A DNA stretch of 64,000 bases from Octopus bimaculoides (lineage: Eukaryota). Made by a program: the position numbers and the translations under genes. Position 1 is the first letter of the stretch. Every line of letters starts with the position of its first letter. Under the pieces are notes generated by a model that made no database searches, was not told where the DNA came from, and saw nothing but the letters and a program-made list of their open reading frames with translations. This document shows positions 12,889-26,274 of the stretch, one piece after another. Where the stretch lies: the NCBI RefSeq assembly GCF_001194135.2, contig NC_068986.1:3838768-3902767 (forward strand). The letters are read 5' to 3'.

Positions 12889-13062
12889 TGTTATGTCTCA
12901 AGCTACTGCTATCTAGCACCTTCGGATGATCTCTACTCGTCAGCTACTCGACGGCTACTCAACAGTTAGTCCACTGGCAGTCCACTCCTACCACGGCCAG
13001 ACTACCTCTATTTATATGTCTTGGTCGAGCATACTTCTTCGCTTGGGGGCGTCGACACAACA
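12889..13062 (-). mobile_element. Solo LTR (174 bp) related to the element at 44804
   Basis: TG...CA termini with 8/9 terminal IR (TGTTATGTC/GACACAACA) and 5-bp TSD TATAT/TATAT. Minus strand TGTTGTGTCGACGCCCCC...TATAAATAG...GAGTAGAGATCATCCG is similar to 44804-44997. Confidence 0.7.
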
Positions 13063-13568
13063 TATATACATACATATGATTACATAAATGCATACATATG
13101 TATGCATATAATTATGTACACATTCAAGATTATGTATGTATGTTTGAATGTGTGTGTGAATGCGTATTATTCTACCTGGGGATATATGCAAGTATATATG
13201 TGTGCATGTATTTATATATATGAGTATATTCAAAGATACATAGAAATATGATCCAGTTAGAATAATTTGAAACTAATACCACTAATACTTAATTTCTACA
13301 CGCCCTATTTGGATATGAGTTTCTAGGCGAGTGATAGGATTATCCCTGATGAATAACCTGAACTTCTAGAACACCACTGTATAAATTGATTACATAGTAT
13401 TATCACCGTGAAAGAATGGAAGCTAAACTTATGCATGGTGTCTGTTTATAGACAGGTGGATTGAGGCAGTGAAATTCTTTGATATGGCCCCGGTTTTGCA
13501 CTGGTGACAAGTACTGCCGTCTTGATCAAGTGTATTTCCAGTTAATCGGTATATTTCTCATGCATTGG

Positions 13569-13620
<52 letters not shown>

Positions 13621-13704
13621 NNNNNNNNNNNNNNNNNNNNNNNNNNNNNNNNNNNNNNNNTATATATATATATACATACATATACACACACACACACACA
13701 CACA

Positions 13705-13917
13705 CGATAGAGTGTTCAAAAGTTCTTGGCTTTGGGTAAATGAAAATCCAGGATCAGTTAATTATGATTTTATTTAATATATTCCCATCTCAGATTCACA
13801 CACTTATTGCAGCAGTCCTTCAGTCTTCTAAGACCTGTGAAAGAACTCGGAAGGTTTGAACCTACAACCAGGCCTTTCGCAATACCCTTAAATCAAGAAC
13901 TTTTTAGCATCCCATCG
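13705..13917 (-). mobile_element. Mariner-derived MITE (213 bp)
   Basis: ~28 bp TIRs CGATAGAGTGTTCAAAAGTTCTTG / CAAGAACTTTTTAGCATCCCATCG, TA on the right flank. Same length as, and homologous to, 53570-53782 in opposite orientation. Confidence 0.8.
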
Positions 13918-14778
13918 TATATATATATATATATGTATATATATGACTATGAAATTAACATTATTCCACATACGATGTATGGCGCTCTAGTTCTCTTAGC
14001 TTATAAAAGTAAAACATTTATACAACCCTAATCTGACGAGAAACGGTAGCAAATATCTTTGGTTTTCTCGACAATACTCTCGTCCAGAATGAGATACGTC
14101 GAGATACGATGTACAAGAGAAATCTATTTATTCTTTTGTAGATGAGTTGTAGTACATATCAAATGTTAATACGAAATATTAACTAATACTGTATAACCTG
14201 GCATGTGTGTATATGTGTGAGTGTGTATGTGTGCGTGTGTGTTTGTGTATTTGTGCATAATATAATATAAAAAAATAATATTCATATATAATATTATTCA
14301 GTCTCGATACAGAAATGTAGAGTTTATAATCAGAATATATACATATACTATAAAACAAGCTTCAAAATATTTGGCAATCAAATATTTGAAAGTGAGCGAG
14401 TTGGTCGTCTTCAGGGTATGTACAAAGAACGTTCTTCGCTAGTAAGACAAAATCTGGACTATGAATAAGACGCTTGCCTAAATTTTACGTACATCAGGCA
14501 AAGAGTAAAGAGCACAGGGATAAAGTGAAGAATTTACGGACACATTCCGCCCATCTCTATTATTCTTGCTCAACGCTGAGTAGATTTTTGATTCGCTGGC
14601 AACAGCGGTCATACTGAACACTAAGTCACATACCATATTGGATGCTATTTGTTTGAAACTTGCGCATCCTAAATAAAGAACGAAGACCAGTCAACTACAT
14701 TGATGATATTGGTAGGGATATACACATGAAACTAAGAATCTACCAAAGTTACAAAAAGTTTAAGTTTCCTTGACTGTT

Positions 14779-15120
14779 ACTTATTTTATTGACCTGAAAA
14801 TGCAAAGTCGACCTCGGTGGAACTTGAACTCAGAACGTAGGGACAGACGGACGAAATAGCACGTAATAGCGACTCTGCCAGCACGCCGTCTTAACATAAA
14901 GAAAATTATTGTCTTCAAATTTTGGCACAAGGCTTGCAAGTTCAATCGATTATATCGACCCCTAACCCCTAGTGCTCAACTGATACTTGCTTTTATCAAC
15001 TCCGAAAAAATGAAAGGTAAAGTGGATTTCGGCAGCATTTGAAGTCAGAACGTAAAGACGGACGAAATACTGCTAAGCATTTAACCCGGTGTGCTAACGA
15101 TTCTGCCAGACCGCCGCCTT
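14779..15120 (-). mobile_element. Two head-to-tail SINE family A copies (14779-14890 partial; 14911-15120 full)
   Basis: Two reverse-complement heads (GACTCTGCCAGCACGCCGTC; GATTCTGCCAGACCGCCGCC); 20-bp TSD-like flank (18/20) around the second copy. Confidence 0.85.
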
Positions 15121-15894
15121 AACGTGAAGAAAATTATTAAAAAGAGAAAATATATATAGTTGGAACACTTTCGTTTCTATAGATAATTCTAATTTGTTGG
15201 GTTTTCGAGAAAATTGTATTTTGGATAGGGTAGGGTGTGAGAGGAGAAATTAAAAAAAACTTAAAAATCGTTAAACACTCGCAATTTGATTCGAAGAGCA
15301 TGTATACCTAAATATTTCACTGTATACAAAGAAGTCTCAGCAAAATGATAGGAACCGTTCTGAGTATCTATAAGCATAATATATTAATAAAAACACGGCA
15401 GATGAACTAAGTTTCAATTCATTTCTTTTACTCTTCTTTCTTATATATATGTGCATACACATATATACACATATATATGTATGTGTATATAATATATATA
15501 TATATATAAATATAAATATATAAATATATATATATATATATATANNNNNNNNNNNNNNNNNNNNNNNNNNNNNNNNNNNNNNNNNNNNNNNNNNNNNNNN
15601 NNNNNNNNNNNNNNNNNNNNNNNNNNNNNNNNNNNNNNNNNNNNNNNNNNNNNNNNNNNNNNNNNNNNNNNNNNNNNNNNNNNNNNNNNNNNNNNNNNNN
15701 NNNNNNNNNNNNNNNNNNNNNNNNNNNNNNNNNNNNNNNNNNNNNNNNNNNNNNNNNNNNNNNNNNNNNNNNNNNNNNNNNNNNNNNNNNNNNNNNNNNN
15801 NNNNNNNNNNNNNNNNNNNNNNNNNNNNNNNNNNNNNNNNNNNNNNNNNNNNNNNNNNNNNNNNNNNNNNNNNNNNNNNNNNNNNNNNNNNNNN

Positions 15895-15935
<41 letters not shown>

Positions 15936-16060
15936 ATAGCTACTATAATAATACGCTTGTGTTTTTCTCCGTCACAACATACGAATGAGAAAGGAAGGGG
16001 TGATGGCAAACTTGGTAGTGGGATGATGGAAATTATACAGCAGAACTCAAAACATAAGTA

Positions 16061-16446
16061 TCTTTATTTTGCTTACTTTAGTGATTTGACTGTGGCCATA
16101 CTGGGGCAGCGTCTTGAAGTGTTTACTCGAACAAGTCGAACCCAGTACTTAATATTCTTTTAAAGCCTGGTTTTAAGTAAATCAAAACTGGTTGTCAAGC
16201 GATGTTGGTGTTGGTGGGCCAAACACAAACACATAGATATATACATACATACGTGCACACACACACACATTCGAATGGTTTCTCTCAGTTTCCGTCTACC
16301 AAATTCCCCCACAGTGCTTCTTGAGTGAATCTGGTAGGCCCGAGGCTATAGTAGAAAACATTTGTCCAAAGTCTCACGCAATGGGACTGAGCTCAAAACC
16401 ATGTGGTTGGGAAGTGAACTTGTTACGATGAGCCACGACTGCGCCT
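16061..16446 (-). mobile_element. tRNA-derived CORE-like SINE, family B (with internal microsatellite)
   Basis: Reverse complement of a tRNA-like head, TTGGACAAATGTTTTCTACTATAGCCTCGGGCC (MIR-CORE-like), GGTAGACGGAAACTGA, and 3' CCAGTATGGCCACAGTCAAAT. Confidence 0.8.
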
Positions 16447-16884
16447 TATTTTTATTATTAAGTTTTGTCCATTGGTACTTAACGAATCATGTGTATGTGT
16501 GTGTGTGTTTACATACATAAACTCTCACTCTCACATACATGAGTACGCAAATGCGTGTAAACAAAGTTACTATACGGATGCTAAAGTAAAAGTAACTGTA
16601 CAAATGTAAGCATATGCTCGTATGTGACCATTATTACAGATGTCTAAATACATTAGCAAGATCGTAATCATAGAGATAGATTTGAGAAACAAAAAGTTTT
16701 TCTGAACGAATCTGAAATGATAGATCAGGAATCGACCTCTTATATTGACATTTATTCTAATTTGCTCAATACTTTGTTATTTACAATCATGTGAACAAAC
16801 TCAATCACGAGAAACTTATCTTCAGTCTGTCTTGTTTTCTCTCAGTTCCTGCATATTTGCACATACACACACACACACAAACAA

Positions 16885-16933
<49 letters not shown>

Positions 16934-18174
16934 ANNNNNNNNNNNNNNNNNNNNNNNNNNNNNNNNNNNNNNNNNNNNNNNNNNNNNNNNNNNNNNNNNN
17001 NNNNNNNNNNNNNNNNNNNNNNNNNNNNNNNNNNNNNNNNNNNNNNNNNNNNNNNNNNNNNNNNNNNNNNNNNNNNNNNNNNNNNNNNNNNNNNNNNNNN
17101 NNNNNNNNNNNNNNNNNNNNNNNNNNNNNNNNNNNNNNNNNNNNNNNNNNNNNNNNNNNNNNNNNNNNNNNNNNNNNNNNNNNNNNNNNNNNNNNNNNNN
17201 NNNNNNNNNNNNNNNNNNNNNNNNNNNNNNNNNNNNNNNNNNNNNNNNNNNNNNNNNNNNNNNNNNNNNNNNNNNNNNNNNNNNNNNNNNNNNNNNNNNN
17301 NNNNNNNNNNNNNNNNNNNNNNNNNNNNNNNNNNNNNNNNNNNNNNNNNNNNNNNNNNNNNNNNNNNNNNNNNNNNNNNNNNNNNNNNNNNNNNNNNNNN
17401 NNNNNNNNNNNNNNNNNNNNNNNNNNNNNNNNNNNNNNNNNNNNNNNNNNNNNNNNNNNNNNNNNNNNNNNNNNNNNNNNNNNNNNNNNNNNNNNNNNNN
17501 NNNNNNNNNNNNNNNNNNNNNNNNNNNNNNNNNNNNNNNNNNNNNNNNNNNNNNNNNNNNNNNNNNNNNNNNNNNNNNNNNNNNNNNNNNNNNNNNNNNN
17601 NNNNNNNNNNNNNNNNNNNNNNNNNNNNNNNNNNNNNNNNNNNNNNNNNNNNNNNNNNNNNNNNNNNNNNNNNNNNNNNNNNNNNNNNNNNNNNNNNNNN
17701 NNNNNNNNNNNNNNNNNNNNNNNNNNNNNNNNNNNNNNNNNNNNNNNNNNNNNNNNNNNNNNNNNNNNNNNNNNNNNNNNNNNNNNNNNNNNNNNNNNNN
17801 NNNNNNNNNNNNNNNNNNNNNNNNNNNNNNNNNNNNNNNNNNNNNNNNNNNNNNNNNNNNNNNNNNNNNNNNNNNNNNNNNNNNNNNNNNNNNNNNNNNN
17901 NNNNNNNNNNNNNNNNNNNNNNNNNNNNNNNGAGTGTCGTATCGGAATGAGAAATCGATGACTCTATGAGTAGATGGTTAGAAAGGACAAATCGATCAAT
18001 GTTAGTTATAATCAGAGTTCCTCAGCTAATAATGATAGATATAGATATGTCATGTTCCTTTACGTTTTTCGGTAGAACACTTGACAATCTTAAGAGACTA
18101 CGTAAGATAGGGTTAATGCTAACATCAAAATTTCCCTTTCACGCACACATATGCACGCGCATACGTACACACAC

Positions 18175-18209
<35 letters not shown>

Positions 18210-18597
18210 NNNNNNNNNNGATAATAGGTAGATAGACAAAAAATAGATAGACAATAGATAGATAGATATATACATGCAATACATTCATACATAACTGTAT
18301 TTATATACAAACACTTACATACAACGTATATAATGGCAAACAGAAATAAATGCACAGAAATATATCGTATATGCACATATACATACACAAATGCATCCAA
18401 CTGTTTCTTGACACAATCACATACGAATGCATGTTCAACATATTCGTAGAACGAGATGCATAGAATGTCTTGTACTCTTGTACACAAAAGTACAGAAATT
18501 ATCTACATACACACGAACACCCACGCATATTATATGTATGCATATATCCGTATATAGATATACATAATTCAATTTAGTGCTTTTCAAACACATTCTA

Positions 18598-18674
<77 letters not shown>

Positions 18675-18685
18675 CCTATCTGTCC

Positions 18686-18752
<67 letters not shown>
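18598..18752. repeat. (TCTA)n tetranucleotide microsatellite
   Basis: Directly visible. Confidence 0.95.
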
Positions 18753-20044
18753 AACTTTCTTTTCAGTTTATGTATGAAATATATGAGTTTGTGTACAATA
18801 TATTCATATTGACACTAATATTGATAAATTGGTTTGAGGAAAAAAAAAACCTTCAAATATTTGTATATAGAAAGGGTGTAAATTTAATGCCAATAAATAG
18901 TTTGGAGTGTCGTATCGGAATGAGAAATCGATGACTCTATGAGTAGATGGTTAGAAAGGACAAATCGATCAATGTTAGTTATAATCAGAGTTCCTCAGCT
19001 AATAATGATAGATATAGATATGTCATGTTCCTTTACGTTTTTCGGTAGAACACTTGACAATCTTAAGAGACTACGTAAGACAATCTTAAGAGACTNNNNN
19101 NNNNNNNNNNNNNNNNNNNNNNNNNNNNNNNNNNNNNNNNNNNNNNNNNNNNNNNNNNNNNNNNNNNNNNNNNNNNNNNNNNNNNNNNNNNNNNNNNNNN
19201 NNNNNNNNNNNNNNNNNNNNNNNNNNNNNNNNNNNNNNNNNNNNNNNNNNNNNNNNNNNNNNNNNNNNNNNNNNNNNNNNNNNNNNNNNNNNNNNNNNNN
19301 NNNNNNNNNNNNNNNNNNNNNNNNNNNNNNNNNNNNNNNNNNNNNNNNNNNNNNNNNNNNNNNNNNNNNNNNNNNNNNNNNNNNNNNNNNNNNNNNNNNN
19401 NNNNNNNNNNNNNNNNNNNNNNNNNNNNNAAAAAAAAAAAAAAAAAAAAAAAAAAGATTATATGATGGATGAGTGAGTGGAAAACGAGTCGGTGATCTTT
19501 GTGTAAACATAATTTATCACAGAACTATGAAACAGTAAAAATAAAGTAGAAAATACTAGCGCAAAAACAATATACAGAAATGGATATAGGGTACGAATAC
19601 GCACCGCGGGATTAAGATATGCTATGATTGTTATGCTCATGGAATGACCGGTCTCTCGTGGAGCTGGTTTCGAAAAGTGAGAACAACGTTCAAATTGCGC
19701 ACGAAGCAACAACCCTTCTAACGCTCTATTCTCTATGAAGTACGTTATTTTATGATAGTGAGTTCGAATGGGTTCGAAAAAAGAAAAAATCCGTTGAAAA
19801 TTACAAGTAGATAAATTTTACGCTCTCTCTTTTTTTTGTTATAATATAAATGTCTAGTATATATAAAATGATACATTATTCATAGAGTAGAAAACTTTAG
19901 ATTGCTGGAAAATATGCTGAAATTCATCAGTGATACAATTGGCTCCTTTTATCGAGTTAGTATGTCTATTAGCATAAAAACAATTGGTATTTGTGAAATA
20001 CGTCTTTAATTAGACGAATTTCACGAACGTGCATATCCTTCAGC

Positions 20045-20165
20045 TAATACGAAGATACGTGGCTCAGTGGTTAGAGTGTTTTGCTCCTGATCTTGATGTT
20101 GTGGAGCGGACTGTGCATTTCATCTTCTGAGTAAGGTATTTTATTTCACATTGCTCCAGTTTCTG
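20045..20165 (+). mobile_element. Degenerate tRNA-derived SINE head
   Basis: GTGGCTCAGTGGTTAGAGTG A-box-like start, then GAGTAAGGTATTTTATTTCACATTGCTCCAG. Confidence 0.5.
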
Positions 20166-21059
20166 ATGTTCCGATGGGTCAGGGGTAGGAGGGCCGAGAG
20201 GGCGTCTATGTCTTTTAGTGCTTGAATAGGAACCTAACACAATTTGCGAAAGCATAGTACATGTTACTAGGTTATACGCGCGTGCGAATGATAGTTATGG
20301 TCTTTTGTTTTTGAAGCATGTCTTTCAATATCCGTAACGAAGTGTCAACTTTGGTAGTTTGGTCTTCATGATTCCAGTATATAACGGAATGGCCGTTTAG
20401 ATTTCGTAGGTCCTCGAAGTTTCTGTTTTGCACTGGTGTTGTCATGTACGAAAAATAAATGCCAACCACCTCAAATTACATCCTACCGATAGGAATAGAA
20501 AATGTAATTCTAGATACGCAATACCCGAGCAAATCACTGAGCTCATTTAAATATGAAGATGTAAAATACAATAGCTCTGACTAGAACAGGAAGAATTTGG
20601 TTGTGGAATGACTAATATTTTGGTGGTTTGTATAACAGGATGGAGTTATCGCCCTCTTTCCTCACTTAAATCGAGACCTGAATCCAGCAAGATCATCCAT
20701 AATTTCTGGTAGAGTTAAAATACAATTACTCTATTAATAAAATTTATTAACCAATGAATAAAATGGAGATTTCAACATGATTCCCTTCAGGTGCTTATCA
20801 AAATTCTTACGTCAGTATGATCCAACGAAAGAACCTCTTCTTGGTCGGTCGATCTAATAAAAATGGTTGTCAAATACTTCAAATTACACCCTACCAACTT
20901 AAGGAAAGAATAGAGATTTAGATACGCAATTCTCGATAAAAAATCTATTAGAACGCCTTTGACAAATTTACTCATTGAAAGCTAATCCGAGTCGAAACAA
21001 CCACAATATCTCCATTATGTCAACTTGATAAAATACGTTAGAGTTGCACTTAACATTTA

Positions 21060-21162
21060 GACTACTTTGTATTTACATTATTTACATTTGACGAATATTT
21101 GTCCTCATCTTTTTTGCTGTTAACACAACGTTTCGGCTGATATACCCTCCAGCCTTCATCAC
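21060..21162 (-). mobile_element. Penelope pseudo-LTR end with truncated hammerhead
   Basis: Minus strand GTGATGA-A-GGCTG-gagggtatat-CAGCC-GAAA-CGTTGTGTTAAC, abutting a SINE. Confidence 0.6.
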
Positions 21163-21165
21163 GGG

Positions 21166-21444
21166 CATATGGCGTAGTGGTTAAGAGCGCGGGCTACTAA
21201 CCCCAAGATTTCGAGTGTGTGTATGTGTTTCTGTCTGTGTTTGTCCCCAACCACCTCTTGACAACCAGTGCTGGTGGGTTTATGTCCCCATAACTTAGCG
21301 GTTCGACTTGAGAGCTCGATACAATAAGTACCAAGCTTTAAATAAATAAATAAGTACTGGGGTCGATTCATTCGACTAAAAATCCTTCATGGCGGTGACC
21401 CCAGCATGGCTCTAGTTTAATGACTGAAGCAAGATAGAAGATAA
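21166..21444 (+). mobile_element. SINE family B, internally deleted
   Basis: GGCGTAGTGGTTAAGAGCGCGGGCTACTAACCCCAAGATT head joined to the 3' half (AACTTAGCGGTTCG...AAGTACTGGGGTCGATT...CCAGCATGGC). Confidence 0.8.
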
Positions 21445-21897
21445 AACAGCAAGAAGATTAAACCACAACGGAGCGAGTAGACCTCAAGGAAAACAAGCAT
21501 TTGTATGAGTTGAGTTTCTGATTGGTGTTCCATTTCCTGTTATATCTAGCACACTTCTTTTGCGCTGCTTATGCCCTCGAGAAAGCTATGATCGGGAAAA
21601 CACTTACGTCTTGCATTCTATCTTTCCTTGGGAGTCAATCACCCATTGTTAGAAAGCACTGATTGTGAATATTAAATGAAAAAGATACAAAAGTTTAAGT
21701 TTAAGTTTAAGTTTCACTGTGTATATGATACACAAATAATTTGTTAGCTATTATTTCAACGAAACGAACTTTAAATGATTCGTTAGAAACAAGGAACATT
21801 AGCAGCTCTGTATATTGAAAACAAATGAAGTTCTGCATGTCATGTTTTTGCATCAATGAGATTTCGCTTCCTTCTCTCTCTCTCTCTCTCTCGCACA

Positions 21898-21969
<72 letters not shown>

Positions 21970-23089
21970 NNNNNNNNNNNNNNNNNNNNNNNNNNNNNNN
22001 NNNNNNNNNNNNNNNNNNNNNNNNNNNNNNNNNNNNNNNNNNNNNNNNNNNNNNNNNNNNNNNNNNNNNNNNNNNNNNNNNNNNNNNNNNNNNNNNNNNN
22101 NNNNNNNNNNNNNNNNNNNNNNNNNNNNNNNNNNNNNNNNNNNNNNNNNNNNNNNNNNNNNNNNNNNNNNNNNNNNNNNNNNNNNNNNNNNNNNNNNNNN
22201 NNNNNNNNNNNNNNNNNNNNNNNNNNNNNNNNNNNNNNNNNNNNNNNNNNNNNNNNNNNNNNNNNNNNNNNNNNNNNNNNNNNNNNNNNNNNNNNNNNNN
22301 NNNNNNNNNNNNNNNNNNNNNNNNNNNNNNNNNNNNNNNNNNNNNNNNNNNNNNNNNNNNNNNNNNNNNNNNNNNNNNNNNNNNNNNNNNNNNNNNNNNN
22401 NNNNNNNNNNNNNNNNNNNNNNNNNNNNNNNNNNNNNNNNNNNNNNNNNNNNNNNNNNNNNNNNNNNNNNNNNNNNNNNNNNNNNNNNNNNNNNNNNNNN
22501 NNNNNNNNNNNNNNNNNNNNNNNNNNNNNNNNNNNNNNNNNNNNNNNNNNNNNNNNNNNNNNNNNNNNNNNNNNNNNNNNNNNNNNNNNNNNNNNNNNNN
22601 NNNNNNNNNNNNNNNNNNNNNNNNNNNNNNNNNNNNNNNNNNNNNNNNNNNNNNNNNNNNNNNNNNNNNNNNNNNTGTGTGTGTGTGTGTACACAGCTTA
22701 AAACAAAAAAAAAAGTTGAAAGGAACGAAAAGAAAGTTTGGCCACTGAGAAATGATCGAAAGCAATAAGCTATAATAATGAAACTAATCAATTATCGATT
22801 TAAGAAACGTGCGAGGCAAATAGGAAGATTAGCCGAAGCAAAAGAAAGTCAGTTATATTTGTGCTTTCAACTGTGACCTGCAAATAAAGAAAGAAAAAGA
22901 AAAAGAAAAGAATTACAAGTAATCTATGATCAAGCAGCCAACCAACCACACACATACACATGCGCACACAAACTTCCTGCACCATCACTGCCCCCCCCCC
23001 ACGCACTACCACTTCATGTGGAGCTCAACATTGCTATTCTGCTTTGTTGATTCATATATATTATTCTTATTGATGCTCTTTAGTTCTGT

Positions 23090-23325
23090 AAATGTGTATG
23101 TGCATGTGTGTGTGTGTGTTAGTGTGTGTGTGTTTGTGTGTGCCAGTGTGTGAGTGTACGTACATATATATATTTGTATATATTATATATTATACATATA
23201 TACTCACGCTTGCATGTATATACATACATACATACACACTCATATGTAGCGAGATTGTGTATATATCTATTCTTATTTGTTTACATGTATGTTCGTATGT
23301 GTATTTATGTATGTACGTATACATT

Positions 23326-23419
<94 letters not shown>

Positions 23420-24090
23420 TGTGTGTGTGTGTATATACATACATGTACATATGTACATATTTATACATATATATATATATACGTATATATCTATATATAT
23501 ACATACATATACATAATACAAACATGCATACATACATATATACACACATGCATATATATACACACACATTTATACATACATACACATACACGCACACACA
23601 CACACACATATATCTGTGTATATATATACATACATTCGTATGTATGTATGTATGATTGTATGTATGTGTATGCATGCATGCTTACATACGAACGAACAAA
23701 CAGCATAAAATATATGTCCATATATTTAAAACCTACTTTAACTTTTCATTTTTCTGCCGCTATTTAGTTCCTCCTCCCATCACTACCCTCACATTTATGA
23801 ATTATTTGTTCGCGAATGCTTTCCTTTTCTTTTCTTTCTCTTTGCATTTTCGTATTTATATGTTTGTATGAGCACATGTGCTGCAGTGATTAGGAGGTGT
23901 ACATGTACATGAATGTATGTGTGGGTATGTGTGTTTGTGTGTGTGTGTGTGTGAAGGGGGCGTATATGGGTGTGTGCATTCATCATGGAAGAAATTTCCA
24001 TACGAAAGAGAATAGAATTTACCATTCTCAAACACTTGCACATACTCGTCCCCTCTCCTGGCCTCATATATTCCACCCAACACTTTGTCC

Positions 24091-24132
<42 letters not shown>

Positions 24133-24144
24133 TCTCTCTCTCTT

Positions 24145-24180
<36 letters not shown>

Positions 24181-24455
24181 CCCTTCTTTTTCTCTACGTA
24201 TTTATCTATTTCATATACACATAGAATTTATATACTCAAAGATATGTACGTGCGTGTATATGTATGTGTGTACAAACACACACACGCACATGCATACACA
24301 CGCACGTATATATATGTAGATGTGCATACGTATACATATATATATACATGCATATATACATATTTCTATATATGTATACATGTATATATATATATGTGTG
24401 TGTATATACATGCATATATATGTGTGTGTGCGCGTATATGTATGTATGTATGCAT

Positions 24456-24495
<40 letters not shown>

Positions 24496-24520
24496 ATATA
24501 TATATATATACATATTTTAC
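23090..24520. repeat. Large compound microsatellite field (TG, TA, CA, TATG, CT)
   Basis: Directly visible; includes (CT)n at 24093-24180. Confidence 0.95.
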
Positions 24521-24989
24521 ATATTTACATCAACATCCACATACACATGTATACACAAAATTTACGATTGCATAAACATAATTAACATACATGAATACAC
24601 ACTGATTTATATAGAATAGTGTATGCATGTGAATCGAATTTAAACTATTTCGTTTCTTTTTATATAGTTTTGATATTTTTCATGTTTCAGTCATGTTTTT
24701 TTCCCGTCTACTCTTCCACATTTCTCTGCTCCCCACCCCATCTGAGCACAGTTTAGAATATTTATCCATTTGATTGGCTACACAGCACACTAAAGTTATG
24801 ACGTCAGCTATTCATTGGCAGAAGAAAACCAGACCACCATGTCTATTGAACTAAATCAAGTCAAAACGAAGGACTAGAACGACGTGGTTGATTGATTTGT
24901 ACATGTAAAAACAAATGGTTACATTTTCAGCTCAGCTCTACAAGACAGAAATGATGATGACGATGATGATGATAATGATGATGATGATG

Positions 24990-25042
<53 letters not shown>

Positions 25043-25043
<1 letters not shown>

Positions 25044-25420
25044 CTTTCTAATTGATGTATCAATACCAGCAGATGACAACGTTTCTCTAAAAGAAATGGA
25101 AAAACTTTCAAAATACAAAGACCTGGAAATAGAGATAACTCGAATGTGGAATCTAAAAACAGAAACAATTCCTATCATAGTAGGTGCCTTAGGTATAATA
25201 AAAAAATATTCAGACAAATACATAACAAAAATACCAGGACTTACAAATATATATAACATACAGAAAATTGCATTACTGGGTACTGCACACATTCTACGCA
25301 AAACACTTTCAATACAGTAAACATAAGAGCACCACAGCAAACCACAGCACATACCCAAGGCGCACAGAGCTGCGCTCGGTAGTGAAGTGAAAGCACGTTA
25401 TAAAAATAAAACTACTGAAC
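25043..25420 (+). mobile_element. 3' fragment of a non-LTR retrotransposon with restriction-like endonuclease (R4/Dong-like) plus 3' UTR
   Basis: IDVSIPADDNVSLKEMEKLSKYKDLEIEITRMWNLKTETIPIIVGALG...QKIALLGTAHILRKTL* (stop 25318-25320) is the typical REL C-terminus; flanked by (GAT/AAT)n and (AAT)n. Confidence 0.85.
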
Positions 25421-25457
<37 letters not shown>

Positions 25458-26240
25458 GTAATAATAATAATATTAATAATAATAACAATAATAATAAACA
25501 AAAAATATGCAAAAGGAAACATTGTATTTGCAACAACAATAGCAACCGTCATGAAACAAAAAAATAATCACAATAATGGTAGCAATAGAAATACTCTGCT
25601 AACACCTTTAATAGTCTTCCTCTTTCTTCTCCTCAAAGTCCTGACCTCGCTTGCTTCGTTTATAACATCTTTTCTCCTCTACTCCGATTTCCTTCTACAC
25701 TCCTCTTAACATCATTCTCTTTCTATTCTCCTTCTGTGTATGTCTGTCCGTCTGTCTCTCTCTCCCTAATTACTAAATGCAATCCACAATCAAACCATTG
25801 AACAATAAATAAATAAAAAATAAAAGATTTAAAATATCTGTAAAAGAAAGAAAAAATAGTTAATGACTCTACTCACATATACCGGTGGAGAAAGGATATT
25901 TCAACCACATCATAATTCGAGTAACAAAAAAAATTATCGCTCAAATACGCAAACTTCGCGAGCGTGACTGTACAGTTAAGAACACGTCACAATCACGTGA
26001 ATTCGGTTTCAGTCACAGTACACGTCAAGCGTTACTCGGGAAATATACACCCATACATACATATGCATATATGAGAGGGTCAATCCATATTTCATATCTT
26101 AGTATTTTTTCTCCGAACCAAATTTTAAATTTTAATTCACCTGAAGAAAACGGGTTTTTTCATGATGTAGTCGAATTGCTCACCAATAAAAAAGCACGTC
26201 TGAAAGAGCTGCAGTGAACCTTAACCCATTTGTGTTCTTT

Positions 26241-26274
<34 letters not shown>

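Noticed and set aside
14958-14972. TAACCCCT insertion in a SINE as a second telomeric insertion
   Set aside because: A single imperfect unit; explicable as local slippage of ACCCC.
17932-19095. Identical 176-bp direct repeat (17932-18107 and 18905-19080)
   Set aside because: Both copies sit at or next to gap edges and appear 100% identical, with a further 15-bp stutter at the gap; most likely a scaffolding or gap-fill artefact.
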